Below are positions 42,001 to 57,000 of a stretch of 64,000 bases of DNA, in pieces; position 1 is the stretch's first letter; every line of letters starts with the position of its first letter. The notes under the pieces were generated by a model that ran no database searches, was not told the origin of the DNA, and worked only from the letters and a program-made list of their open reading frames with translations. The stretch is from Auanema rhodensis (Eukaryota; Animalia; Nematoda), in assembly GCA_964057225.1 (NCBI GenBank), contig OZ059894.1, positions 18,848,001 to 18,912,000 of the forward strand, given 5' to 3'. Made by a program: the position numbers and the translations under genes.

Positions 42001-44248
42001 GTGAACTTATATCAGTTGATATCTCGGTGCATTTTTAAGCTAGCGCAAATCTGATAACACAGATCGACGCAGCTTAAAAATCCGCATCGAATGCACTATA
42101 CTACATTGAGAAACGCTTAATACAAAAATTAGTTATGATCGTTTGAAAAATGATGCATTAGTGTATGTTGAGTTTCCATGTACACTCAACATTGCTTCCA
42201 AAAACATTTTGACAAAAATTTTTTCGAAAAATTTCAAAATAATTTAGCAAAAAGTAGATGTTTTTAGATTCCTTTTTTCAAGGCAAAGACGATGGACAAT
42301 GTTATTCAACGAAAAAATTAATTCTTCAGGGTGAAAATCGAGGATATAAGTGTGAACTTATATCAGTTGATATCTCGGTGCATTTTTAAGCTAGCGCAAA
42401 TCTGATAACACAGATCGACGCAGCTTAAAAATCCGCATCGAATGCACTATACTACATTGAGAAACGCTTAAAACAAAAATTAGTTATGATCGTTTGAAAA
42501 ATGATGCATTAGTGTATGTTGAGTTTCCATGTACACTCAACATTGCTTCCAAAAACATTTTGACAAAAATTTTTTCGAAAAATTTCAGAATAATTTAGCA
42601 AAAAGTAGATGTTTTTAGATTCCTTTTTTCGAGGCAAAGACGATGGACAATGTTATTCAACGAAAAAAATAATTCTTCAGGGTGAAAATCGAGGATATAA
42701 GTGTGAACTTATATCAGTTGATATCTCGGTGCATTTTTAAGCTAGCGCAAATCTGATAACACAGATCGACGCAGCTTAAAAATCCGCATCGAATGCACTA
42801 TACTACATTGAGAAACGCTTAATACAAAAATTAGTTATGATCGTTTGAAAAATGATGCATTAGTGTATGTTGAGTTTCCATGTACACTCAACATTGCTTC
42901 CAAAAACATTTTGACAAAAATTTTTTCGAAAAATTTCAAAATAATTTAGCAAAAAGTAGATGTTTTTAGATTCCTTTTTTCAAGGCAAAGACGATGGACA
43001 ATGTTATTCAACGAAAAAATTAATTCTTCAGGGTGAAAATCGAGGATATAAGTGTGAACTTATATCAGTTGATATCTCGGTGCATTTTTAAGCTAGCGCA
43101 AATCTGATAACACAGATCGACGCAGCTTAAAAATCCGTATCGAATGCACTATACTACATTGAGAAACGCTTAATACAAAAATTAGTTATGATCGTTTGAA
43201 AAATGATGCATTAGTGTATGTTGAGTTTCCATGTACACTCAACATTGCTTCCAAAAACATTTTGACAAAAATTTTTTCGAAAAATTTCAGAATAATTTAG
43301 CAAAAAGTAGATGTTTTTAGATTCCTTTTTTCGAGGCAAAGACGATGGACAATGTTATTCAACGAAAAAAATAATTCTTCAGGGTGAAAATCGAGGATAT
43401 AAGTGTGAACTTATATCAGTTGATATCTCGGTGCATTTTTAAGCTAGCGCAAATCTGATAACACAGATCGACGCAGCTTAAAAATCCGCATCGAATGCAC
43501 TATACTACATTGAGAAACGCTTAATACAAAAATTAGTTATGATCGTTTGAAAAATGATGCATTAGTGTATGTTGAGTTTCCATGTACACTCAACATTGCT
43601 TCCAAAAACATTTTGACAAAAATTTTTTCGAAAAATTTCAAAATAATTTAGCAAAAAGTAGATGTTTTTAGATTCCTTTTTTCAAGGCAAAGACGATGGA
43701 CAATGTTATTCAACGAAAAAAATAATTCTTCAGGGTGAAAATCGAGGATATAAGTGTGAACTTATATCAGTTGATATCTCGGTGCATTTTTAAGCTAGCG
43801 CAAATCTGATAACACAGATCGACGCAGCTTAAAAATCCGCATCGAATGCACTATACTACATTGAGAAACGCTTAATACAAAAATTAGTTATGATCGTTTG
43901 AAAAATGATGCATTAGTGTATGTTGAGTTTCCATGTACACTCAACATTGCTTCCAAAAACATTTTGACAAAAATTTTTTCGAAAAATTTCAAAATAATTT
44001 AGCAAAAAGTAGATGTTTTTAGATTCCTTTTTTCAAGGCAAAGACGATGGACAATGTTATTCAACGAAAAAAATAATTCTTCAGGGTGAAAATCGAGGAT
44101 ATAAGTGTGAACTTATATCAGTTGATATCTCGGTGCATTTTTAAGCTAGCGCAAATCTGATAACACAGATCGACGCAGCTTAAAAATCCGCATCGAATGC
44201 ACTATACTACATTGAGAAACGCTTAATACAAAAATTAGTTATGATCGT

Positions 44249-44440
44249 TTGAAAAATGATGCATTAGTGTATGTTGAGTTTCCATGTACACTCAACATTG
44301 CTTCCAAAAACATTTTGACAAAAATTTTTTCGAAAAATTTCAAAATAATTCAGCAAAAAGTAGATGTTTTTAGATTCCTTTTTTCAAGGCAAAGACGATG
44401 GACAATGTTATTCAACGAAAAAAATAATTCTTCAGGGTGA
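44249..44440 (+). other. Incidental 63-codon ORF in monomer M127 (duplicate of M103)
   Basis: T123C plus the linked G255A and T265A, as in M103. Confidence 0.85.
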
Positions 44441-45301
44441 AAATCGAGGATATAAGTGTGAACTTATATCAGTTGATATCTCAGTGCATTTTAAAGCTAG
44501 CGCAAATCTGATAACACAGATCGACGCAGCTTAAAAATCCGCATCGAATGCACTATACTACATTGAGAAACGCTTAATACAAAAATTAGTTATGATCGTT
44601 TGAAAAATGATGCATTAGTGTATGTTGAGTTTCCATGTACACTCAACATTGCTTCCAAAAACATTTTGACAAAAATTTTTTCGAAAAATTTCAAAATAAT
44701 TTAGCAAAAAGTAGATGTTTTTAGATTCCTTTTTTCAAGGCAAAGACGATGGACAATGTTATTCAACGAAAAAAATAATTCTTCAGGGTGAAAATCGAGG
44801 ATATAAGTGTGAACTTATATCAGTTGATATCTCGGTGCATTTTTAAGCTAGCGCAAATCTGATAACACAGATCGACGCAGCTTAAAAATCCGCATCGAAT
44901 GCACTATACTACATTGAGAAACGCTTAATACAAAAATTAGTTATGATCGTTTGAAAAATGATGCATTAGTGTATGTTGAGTTTCCATGTACACTCAACAT
45001 TGCTTCCAAAAACATTTTGACAAAAATTTTTTCGAAAAATTTCAAAATAATTTAGCAAAAAGTAGATGTTTTTAGATTCCTTTTTTCAAGGCAAAGACGA
45101 TGGACAATGTTATTCAACGAAAAAAATAATTCTTCAGGGTGAAAATCGAGGATATAAGTGTGAACTTATATCAGTTGATATCTCGGTGCATTTTTAAGCT
45201 AGCGCAAATCTGATAACACAGATCGACGCAGCTTAAAAATCCGCATCGAATGCACTATACTACATTGAGAAACGCTTAATACAAAAATTAGTTATGATCG
45301 T

Positions 45302-45493
45302 TTGAAAAATGATGCATTAGTGTATGTTGAGTTTCCATGTACACTCAACATTGCTTCCAAAAACATTTTGACAAAAATTTTTTCGAAAAATTTCAAAATA
45401 ATTCAGCAAAAAGTAGATGTTTTTAGATTCCTTTTTTCAAGGCAAAGACGATGGACAATGTTATTCAACGAAAAAAATAATTCTTCAGGGTGA
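45302..45493 (+). other. Incidental 63-codon ORF in monomer M130
   Basis: T123C only. Confidence 0.85.
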
Positions 45494-46003
45494 AAATCGA
45501 GGATATAAGTGTGAACTTATATCAGTTGATATCTCGGTGCATTTTTAAGCTAGCGCAAATCTGATAACACAGATCGACGCAGCTTAAAAATCCGCATCGA
45601 ATGCACTATACTACATTGAGAAACGCTTAATACAAAAATTAGTTATGATCGTTTGAAAAATGATGCATTAGTGTATGTTGAGTTTCCATGTACACTCAAC
45701 ATTGCTTCCAAAAACATTTTGACAAAAATTTTTTCGAAAAATTTCAAAATAATTTAGCAAAAAGTAGATGTTTTTAGATTCCTTTTTTCAAGGCAAAGAC
45801 GATGGACAATGTTATTCAACGAAAAAAATAATTCTTCAGGGTGAAAATCGAGGATATAAGTGTGAACTTATATCAGTTGATATCTCGGTGCATTTTTAAG
45901 CTAGCGCAAATCTGATAACACAGATCGACGCAGCTTAAAAATCCGCATCGAATGCACTATACTACATTGAGAAACGCTTAATACAAAAATTAGTTATGAT
46001 CGT

Positions 46004-46195
46004 TTGAAAAATGATGCATTAGTGTATGTTGAGTTTCCATGTACACTCAACATTGCTTCCAAAAACATTTTGACAAAAATTTTTTCGAAAAATTTCAAAA
46101 TAATTCAGCAAAAAGTAGATGTTTTTAGATTCCTTTTTTCAAGGCAAAGACGATGGACAATGTTATTCAACGAAAAAAATAATTCTTCAGGGTGA
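46004..46195 (+). other. Incidental 63-codon ORF in monomer M132
   Basis: T123C only. Confidence 0.85.
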
Positions 46196-48089
46196 AAATC
46201 GAGGATATAAGTGTGAACTTATATCAGTTGATATCTCGGTGCATTTTTAAGCTAGCGCAAATCTGATAACACAGATCGACGCAGCTTAAAAATCCGCATC
46301 GAATGCACTATACTACATTGAGAAACGCTTAATACAAAAATTAGTTATGATCGTTTGAAAAATGATGCATTAGTGTATGTTGAGTTTCCATGTACACTCA
46401 ACATTGCTTCCAAAAACATTTTGACAAAAATTTTTTCGAAAAATTTCAAAATAATTTAGCAAAAAGTAGATGTTTTTAGATTCCTTTTTTCAAGGCAAAG
46501 ACGATGGACAATGTTATTCAACGAAAAAAATAATTCTTCAGGGTGAAAATCGAGGATATAAGTGTGAACTTATATCAGTTGATATCTCGGTGCATTTTTA
46601 AGCTAGCGCAAATCTGATAACACAGATCGACGCAGCTTAAAAATCCGCATCGAATGCACTATACTACATTGAGAAACGCTTAATACAAAAATTAGTTATG
46701 ATCGTTTGAAAAATGATGCATTAGTGTATGTTGAGTTTCCATGTACACTCAACATTGCTTCCAAAAACATTTTGACAAAAATTTTTTCGAAAAATTTCAA
46801 AATAATTTAGCAAAAAGTAGATGTTTTTAGATTCCTTTTTTCAAGGCAAAGACGATGGACAATGTTATTCAACGAAAAAATCAATTCTTCACGGTGAAAA
46901 TCGAGGATATAAGTGTGAACTTATATCAGTTGATATCTCGGTGCATTTTTAAGCTAGCGCAAATCTGATAACACAGATCGACGCAGCTTAAAAATCCGCA
47001 TCGAATGCACTATACTACATTGAGAAACGGTTAATACAAAAATTAGTTATGATCGTTTGAAAAATGATGCATTAGTGTATGTTGAGTTTCCATGTACACT
47101 CAACATTGCTTCCAAAAACATTTTGACAAAAATTTTTTCGAAAAATTTCAAAATAATTTAGCAAAAAGTAGATGTTTTTAGATTCCTTTTTTCAAGGCAA
47201 AGACGATGGACAATGTTATTCAACGAAAAAAATAATTCTTCAGGGTGAAAATCGAGGATATAAGTGTGAACTTATATCAGTTGATATCTCGGTGCATTTT
47301 TAAGCTAGCGCAAATCTGATAACACAGATCGACGCAGCTTAAAAATCCGCATCGAATGCACTATACTACATTGAGAAACGCTTAATACAAAAATTAGTTA
47401 TGATCGTTTGAAAAATGATGCATTAGTGTATGTTGAGTTTCCATGTACACTCAACATTGCTTCCAAAAACATTTTGACAAAAATTTTTTCGAAAAATTTC
47501 AAAATAATTTAGCAAAAAGTAGATGTTTTTAGATTCCTTTTTTCAAGGCAAAGACGATGGACAATGTTATTCAACGAAAAAATTAATTCTTCACGGTGAA
47601 AATCGAGGATATAAGTGTGAACTTATATCAGTTGATATCTCGGTGCATTTTTAAGCTAGCGCAAATCTGATAACACAGATCGACGCAGCTTAAAAATCCG
47701 CATCGAATACACTATACTACATTGAGAAACGCTTAAAACAAAAATTAGTTATGATCGTTTGAAAAATGATGCATTAGTGTATGTTGAGTTTCCATGTACA
47801 CTCAACATTGCTTCCAAAAACATTTTGACAAAAATTTTTTCGAAAAATTTCAAAATAATTTAGCAAAAAGTAGATGTTTTTAGATTCCTTTTTTCGAGGC
47901 AAAGACGATGGACAATGTTATTCAACGAAAAAAATAATTCTTCAGGGTGAAAATCGAGGATATAAGTGTGAACTTATATCAGTTGATATCTCGGTGCATT
48001 TTTAAGCTAGCGCAAATCTGATAACACAGATCGACGCAGCTTAAAAATCCGCATCGAATGCACTATACTACATTGAGAAACGCTTAATA

Positions 48090-51000
48090 CAAAAATTAGT
48101 TATGATCGTTTGAAAAATGATGCATTAGTGTATGTTGAGTTTCCATGTACACTCAACATTGCTTCCAAAAACATTTTGAGAAAAATTTTTTCGAAAAATT
48201 TCAAAATAATTTAGCAAAAAGTAGATGTTTTTGGATTCCTTTTTTCAAGGCAAAGACGATGGACAATGTTATTCAACGAAAAAAATAATTCTTCAGGGTG
48301 AAAATCGAGGATATAAGTGTGAACTTATATCAGTTGATATCTCGGTGCATTTTTAAGTTAGCGCAAATCTGATAACACAGATCGACGCAGCTTAAAAATC
48401 CGCATCGAATGCACTATACTACATTGAGAAACGCTTAATACAAAAATTAGTTATGATCGTTTGAAAAATGATGCATTAGTGTATGTTGAGTTTCCATGTA
48501 CACTCAACATTGCTTCCAAAAACATTTTGACAAAAATTTTTTCGAAAAATTTCAAAATAATTTAGCAAAAAGTAGATGTTTTTAGATTCCTTTTTTCAAG
48601 GCAAAGACGATGGACAATGTTATTCAACGAAAAAAATAATTCTTCAGGGTGAAAATCGAGGATATAAGTGTGAACTTATATCAGTTGATATCTCGGTGCA
48701 TTTTTAAGTTAGCGCAAATCTGATAACACAGATCGACGCAGCTTAAAAATCCGCATCGAATGCACTATACTACATTGAGAAACGCTTAATACAAAAATTA
48801 GTTATGATCGTTTGAAAAATGATGCATTAGTGTATGTTGAGTTTCCATGTACACTCAACATTGCTTCCAAAAACATTTTGACAAAAATTTTTTCGAAAAA
48901 TTTCAAAATAATTTAGCAAAAAGTAGATGTTTTTAGATTCCTTTTTTTAAGGCAAAGACGATGGACAATGTTATTCAACGAAAAAAATAATTCTTCAGGG
49001 TGAAAATCGAGGATATAAGTGTGAACTTATATCAGTTGATATCTCGGTGCATTTTTAAGCTAGCGCAAATCTGATAACACAGATCGACGCAGCTTAAAAA
49101 TCCGCATCGAATGCACTATACTACATTGAGAAACGCTTAATACAAAAATTAGTTATGATCGTTTGAAAAATGATGCATTAGTGTATGTTGAGTTTCCATG
49201 TACACTCAACATTGCTTCCAAAAACATTTTGACAAAAATTTTTTCGAAAAATTTCAAAATAATTTAGCAAAAAGTAGATGTTTTTAGATTCCTTTTTTCA
49301 AGGCAAAGACGATGGACAATGTTATTCAACGAAAAAATTAATTCTTCACGGTGAAAATCGAGGATATAAGTGTGAACTTATATCAGTTGATATCTCGGTG
49401 CATTTTTAAGCTAGCGCAAATCTGATAACACAGATCGACGCAGCTTAAAAATCCGCATCGAATGCACTATACTACATTGAGAAACGCTTAAAACAAAAAT
49501 TAGTTATGATCGTTTGAAAAATGATGCATTAGTGTATGTTGAGTTTCCATGTACACTCAACATTGCTTCCAAAAACATTTTGACAAAAATTTTTTCGAAA
49601 AATTTCAAAATAATTTAGCAAAAAGTAGATGTTTTTAGATTCCTTTTTTCGAGGCAAAGACGATGGACAATGTTATTCAACGAAAAAAATAATTCTTCAG
49701 GGTGAAAATCGAGGATATAAGTGTGAACTTATATCAGTTGATATCTCGGTGCATTTTTAAGCTAGCGCAAATCTGATAACACAGATCGACGCAGCTTAAA
49801 AATCCGCATCGAATGCACTATACTACATTGAGAAACGCTTAATACAAAAATTAGTTATGATCGTTTGAAAAATGATGCATTAGTGTATGTTGAGTTTCCA
49901 TGTACACTCAACATTGCTTCCAAAAACATTTTGAGAAAAATTTTTTCGAAAAATTTCAAAATAATTTAGCAAAAAGTAGATGTTTTTGGATTCCTTTTTT
50001 CAAGGCAAAGACGATGGACAATGTTATTCAACGAAAAAAATAATTCTTCAGGGTGAAAATCGAGGATATAAGTGTGAACTTATATCAGTTGATATCTCGG
50101 TGCATTTTTAAGTTAGCGCAAATCTGATAACACAGATCGACGCAGCTTAAAAATCCGCATCGAATGCACTATACTACATTGAGAAACGCTTAATACAAAA
50201 ATTAGTTATGATCGTTTGAAAAATGATGCATTAGTGTATGTTGAGTTTCCATGTACACTCAACATTGCTTCCAAAAACATTTTGAGAAAAATTTTTTCGA
50301 AAAATTTCAAAATAATTTAGCAAAAAGTAGATGTTTTTGGATTCCTTTTTTCAAGGCAAAGACGATGGACAATGTTATTCAACGAAAAAAATAATTCTTC
50401 AGGGTGAAAATCGAGGATATAAGTGTGAACTTATATCAGTTGATATCTCGGTGCATTTTTAAGTTAGCGCAAATCTGATAACACAGATCGACGCAGCTTA
50501 AAAATCCGCATCGAATGCACTATACTACATTGAGAAACGCTTAATACAAAAATTAGTTATGATCGTTTGAAAAATGATGCATTAGTGTATGTTGAGTTTC
50601 CATGTACACTCAACATTGCTTCCAAAAACATTTTGACAAAAATTTTTTCGAAAAATTTCAAAATAATTTAGCAGAAAGTAGATGTTTTTAGATTCCTTTT
50701 TTCAAGGCAAAGACGATGGACAATGTTATTCAACGAAAAAAATAATTCTTCAGGGTGAAAATCGAGGATATAAGTGTGAACTTATATCAGTTGATATCTC
50801 GGTGCATTTTTAAGTTAGCGCAAATCTGATAACACAGATCGACGCAGCTTAAAAATCCGCATCGAATGCACTATACTACATTGAGAAACGCTTAATACAA
50901 AAATTAGTTATGATCGTTTGAAAAATGATGCATTAGTGTATGTTGAGTTTCCATGTACACTCAACATTGCTTCCAAAAACATTTTGACAAAAATTTTTTC

Positions 51001-54000
51001 GAAAAATTTCAAAATAATTTAGCAAAAAGTAGATGTTTTTAGATTCCTTTTTTCAAGGCAAAGACGATGGACAATGTTATTCAACGAAAAAAATAATTCT
51101 TCAGGGTGAAAATCGAGGATATAAGTGTGAACTTATATCAGTTGATATCTCGGTGCATTTTTAAGCTAGCGCAAATCTGATAACACAGATCGACGCAGCT
51201 TAAAAATCCGCATCGAATGCACTATACTACATTGAGAAACGCTTAATACAAAAATTAGTTATGATCGTTTGAAAAATGATGCATTAGTGTATGTTGAGTT
51301 TCCATGTACACTCAACATTGCTTCCAAAAACATTTTGACAAAAATTTTTTCGAAAAATTTCAAAATAATTTAGCAAAAAGTAGATGTTTTTAGATTCCTT
51401 TTTTCAAGGCAAAGACGATGGACAATGTTATTCAACGAAAAAAATAATTCTTCAGGGTGAAAATCGAGGATATAAGTGTGAACTTATATCAGTTGATATC
51501 TCGGTGCATTTTTAAGCTAGCGCAAATCTGATAACACAGATCGACGCAGCTTAAAAATCCGCATCGAATGCACTATACTACATTGAGAAACGCTTAATAC
51601 AAAAATTAGTTATGATCGTTTGAAAAATGATGCATTAGTGTATGTTGAGTTTCCATGTACACTCAACATTGCTTCCAAAAACATTTTGACAAAAATTTTT
51701 TCGAAAAATTTCAAAATAATTTAGCAAAAAGTAGATGTTTTTAGATTCCTTTTTTCGAGGCAAAGACGATGGACAATGTTATTCAACGAAAAAAATAATT
51801 CTTCAGGGTGAAAATCGAGGATATAAGTGTGAACTTATATCAGTTGATATCTCGGTGCATTTTTAAGCTAGCGCAAATCTGATAACACAGATCGACGCAG
51901 CTTAAAAATCCGCATCGAATGCACTATACTACATTGAGAAACGCTTAATACAAAAATTAGTTATGATCGTTTGAAAAATGATGCATTAGTGTATGTTGAG
52001 TTTCCATGTACACTCAACATTGCTTCCAAAAACATTTTGAGAAAAATTTTTTCGAAAAATTTCAAAATAATTTAGCAAAAAGTAGATGTTTTTGGATTCC
52101 TTTTTTCAAGGCAAAGACGATGGACAATGTTATTCAACGAAAAAAATAATTCTTCAGGGTGAAAATCGAGGATATAAGTGTGAACTTATATCAGTTGATA
52201 TCTCGGTGCATTTTTAAGTTAGCGCAAATCTGATAACACAGATCGACGCAGCTTAAAAATCCGCATCGAATGCACTATACTACATTGAGAAACGCTTAAT
52301 ACAAAAATTAGTTATGATCGTTTGAAAAATGATGCATTAGTGTATGTTGAGTTTCCATGTACACTCAACATTGCTTCCAAAAACATTTTGAGAAAAATTT
52401 TTTCGAAAAATTTCAAAATAATTTAGCAAAAAGTAGATGTTTTTGGATTCCTTTTTTCAAGGCAAAGACGATGGACAATGTTATTCAACGAAAAAAATAA
52501 TTCTTCAGGGTGAAAATCGAGGATATAAGTGTGAACTTATATCAGTTGATATCTCGGTGCATTTTTAAGTTAGCGCAAATCTGATAACACAGATCGACGC
52601 AGCTTAAAAATCCGCATCGAATGCACTATACTACATTGAGAAACGCTTAATACAAAAATTAGTTATGATCGTTTGAAAAATGATGCATTAGTGTATGTTG
52701 AGTTTCCATGTACACTCAACATTGCTTCCAAAAACATTTTGACAAAAATTTTTTCGAAAAATTTCAAAATAATTTAGCAGAAAGTAGATGTTTTTAGATT
52801 CCTTTTTTCAAGGCAAAGACGATGGACAATGTTATTCAACGAAAAAAATAATTCTTCAGGGTGAAAATCGAGGATATAAGTGTGAACTTATATCAGTTGA
52901 TATCTCGGTGCATTTTTAAGCTAGCGCAAATCTGATAACACAGATCGACGCAGCTTAAAAATCCGCATCGAATGCACTATACTACATTGAGAAACGCTTA
53001 ATACAAAAATTAGTTATGATCGTTTGAAAAATGATGCATTAGTGTATGTTGAGTTTCCATGTACACTCAACATTGCTTCCAAAAACATTTTGACAAAAAT
53101 TTTTTCGAAAAATTTCAAAATAATTTAGCAAAAAGTAGATGTTTTTAGATTCCTTTTTTCAAGGCAAAGACGATGGACAATGTTATTCAACGAAAAAAAT
53201 AATTCTTCAGGGTGAAAATCGAGGATATAAGTGTGAACTTATATCAGTTGATATCTCGGTGCATTTTTAAGCTAGCGCAAATCTGATAACACAGATCGAC
53301 GCAGCTTAAAAATCCGCATCGAATGCACTATACTACATTGAGAAACGCTTAATACAAAAATTAGTTATGATCGTTTGAAAAATGATGCATTAGTGTATGT
53401 TGAGTTTCCATGTACACTCAACATTGCTTCCAAAAACATTTTGACAAAAATTTTTTCGAAAAATTTCAAAATAATTTAGCAAAAAGTAGATGTTTTTAGA
53501 TTCCTTTTTTCAAGGCAAAGACGATGGACAATGTTATTCAACGAAAAAAATAATTCTTCAGGGTGAAAATCGAGGATATAAGTGTGAACTTATATCAGTT
53601 GATATCTCGGTGCATTTTTAAGCTAGCGCAAATCTGATAACACAGATCGACGCAGCTTAAAAATCCGCATCGAATGCACTATACTACATTGAGAAACGCT
53701 TAATACAAAAATTAGTTATGATCGTTTGAAAAATGATGCATTAGTGTATGTTGAGTTTCCATGTACACTCAACATTGCTTCCAAAAACATTTTGACAAAA
53801 ATTTTTTCGAAAAATTTCAGAATAATTTAGCAAAAAGTAGATGTTTTTAGATTCCTTTTTTCGAGGCAAAGACGATGGACAATGTTATTCAACGAAAAAA
53901 ATAATTCTTCAGGGTGAAAATCGAGGATATAAGTGTGAACTTATATCAGTTGATATCTCGGTGCATTTTTAAGCTAGCGCAAATCTGATAACACAGATCG

Positions 54001-57000
54001 ACGCAGCTTAAAAATCCGCATCGAATGCACTATACTACATTGAGAAACGCTTAATACAAAAATTAGTTATGATCGTTTGAAAAATGATGCATTAGTGTAT
54101 GTTGAGTTTCCATGTACACTCAACATTGCTTCCAAAAACATTTTGAGAAAAATTTTTTCGAAAAATTTCAAAATAATTTAGCAAAAAGTAGATGTTTTTG
54201 GATTCCTTTTTTCAAGGCAAAGACGATGGACAATGTTATTCAACGAAAAAAATAATTCTTCAGGGTGAAAATCGAGGATATAAGTGTGAACTTATATCAG
54301 TTGATATCTCGGTGCATTTTTAAGTTAGCGCAAATCTGATAACACAGATCGACGCAGCTTAAAAATCCGCATCGAATGCACTATACTACATTGAGAAACG
54401 CTTAATACAAAAATTAGTTATGATCGTTTGAAAAATGATGCATTAGTGTATGTTGAGTTTCCATGTACACTCAACATTGCTTCCAAAAACATTTTGACAA
54501 AAATTTTTTCGAAAAATTTCAGAATAATTTAGCAAAAAGTAGATGTTTTTAGATTCCTTTTTTCGAGGCAAAGACGATGGACAATGTTATTCAACGAAAA
54601 AAATAATTCTTCAGGGTGAAAATCGAGGATATAAGTGTGAACTTATATCAGTTGATATCTCGGTGCATTTTTAAGCTAGCGCAAATCTGATAACACAGAT
54701 CGACGCAGCTTAAAAATCCGCATCGAATGCACTATACTACATTGAGAAACGCTTAATACAAAAATTAGTTATGATCGTTTGAAAAATGATGCATTAGTGT
54801 ATGTTGAGTTTCCATGTACACTCAACATTGCTTCCAAAAACATTTTGACAAAAATTTTTTCGAAAAATTTCAAAATAATTTAGCAAAAAGTAGATGTTTT
54901 TAGATTCCTTTTTTCAAGGCAAAGACGATGGACAATGTTATTCAACGAAAAAAATAATTCTTCAGGGTGAAAATCGAGGATATAAGTGTGAACTTATATC
55001 AGTTGATATCTCGGTGCATTTTTAAGCTAGCGCAAATCTGATAACACAGATCGACGCAGCTTAAAAATCCGCATCGAATGCACTATACTACATTGAGAAA
55101 CGCTTAATACAAAAATTAGTTATGATCGTTTGAAAAATGATGCATTAGTGTATGTTGAGTTTCCATGTACACTCAACATTGCTTCCAAAAACATTTTGAC
55201 AAAAATTTTTTCGAAAAATTTCAGAATAATTTAGCAAAAAGTAGATGTTTTTAGATTCCTTTTTTCGAGGCAAAGACGATGGACAATGTTATTCAACGAA
55301 AAAAATAATTCTTCAGGGTGAAAATCGAGGATATAAGTGTGAACTTATATCAGTTGATATCTCGGTGCATTTTTAAGCTAGCGCAAATCTGATAACACAG
55401 ATCGACGCAGCTTAAAAATCCGCATCGAATGCACTATACTACATTGAGAAACGCTTAATACAAAAATTAGTTATGATCGTTTGAAAAATGATGCATTAGT
55501 GTATGTTGAGTTTCCATGTACACTCAACATTGCTTCCAAAAACATTTTGAGAAAAATTTTTTCGAAAAATTTCAAAATAATTTAGCAAAAAGTAGATGTT
55601 TTTGGATTCCTTTTTTCAAGGCAAAGACGATGGACAATGTTATTCAACGAAAAAAATAATTCTTCAGGGTGAAAATCGAGGATATAAGTGTGAACTTATA
55701 TCAGTTGATATCTCGGTGCATTTTTAAGTTAGCGCAAATCTGATAACACAGATCGACGCAGCTTAAAAATCCGCATCGAATGCACTATACTACATTGAGA
55801 AACGCTTAATACAAAAATTAGTTATGATCGTTTGAAAAATGATGCATTAGTGTATGTTGAGTTTCCATGTACACTCAACATTGCTTCCAAAAACATTTTG
55901 AGAAAAATTTTTTCGAAAAATTTCAAAATAATTTAGCAAAAAGTAGATGTTTTTGGATTCCTTTTTTCAAGGCAAAGACGATGGACAATGTTATTCAACG
56001 AAAAAAATAATTCTTCAGGGTGAAAATCGAGGATATAAGTGTGAACTTATATCAGTTGATATCTCGGTGCATTTTTAAGTTAGCGCAAATCTGATAACAC
56101 AGATCGACGCAGCTTAAAAATCCGCATCGAATGCACTATACTACATTGAGAAACGCTTAATACAAAAATTAGTTATGATCGTTTGAAAAATGATGCATTA
56201 GTGTATGTTGAGTTTCCATGTACACTCAACATTGCTTCCAAAAACATTTTGAGAAAAATTTTTTCGAAAAATTTCAAAATAATTTAGCAAAAAGTAGATG
56301 TTTTTGGATTCCTTTTTTCAAGGCAAAGACGATGGACAATGTTATTCAACGAAAAAAATAATTCTTCAGGGTGAAAATCGAGGATATAAGTGTGAACTTA
56401 TATCAGTTGATATCTCGGTGCATTTTTAAGTTAGCGCAAATCTGATAACACAGATCGACGCAGCTTAAAAATCCGCATCGAATGCACTATACTACATTGA
56501 GAAACGCTTAATACAAAAATTAGTTATGATCGTTTGAAAAATGATGCATTAGTGTATGTTGAGTTTCCATGTACACTCAACATTGCTTCCAAAAACATTT
56601 TGACAAAAATTTTTTCGAAAAATTTCAAAATAATTTAGCAAAAAGTAGATGTTTTTAGATTCCTTTTTTCAAGGCAAAGACGATGGACAATGTTATTCAA
56701 CGAAAAAAATAATTCTTCAGGGTGAAAATCGAGGATATAAGTGTGAACTTATATCAGTTGATATCTCGGTGCATTTTTAAGTTAGCGCAAATCTGATAAC
56801 ACAGATCGACGCAGCTTAAAAATCCGCATCGAATGCACTATACTACATTGAGAAACGCTTAATACAAAAATTAGTTATGATCGTTTGAAAAATGATGCAT
56901 TAGTGTATGTTGAGTTTCCATGTACACTCAACATTGCTTCCAAAAACATTTTGACAAAAATTTTTTCGAAAAATTTCAAAATAATTTAGCAAAAAGTAGA

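Larger units (their letters stand above)
30189..44930 (+). repeat. Higher-order duplication: 18-monomer block (30189-36506) repeated as 36507-44930, with an internal 6-monomer duplication in the second copy
   Basis: The variant order of M87-M99 matches M105-M117 (offset 6318 bp). M94-M104 matches M118-M128 (offset 8424 bp). Confidence 0.88.

Noticed and set aside
35825-46195. Four identical 63-aa ORFs as a real multicopy gene
   Set aside because: They are satellite monomers with one TAG->CAG change. The start is TTG, there is no recognisable domain, composition is dictated by A/T tracts, and the other ~178 copies carry the stop.
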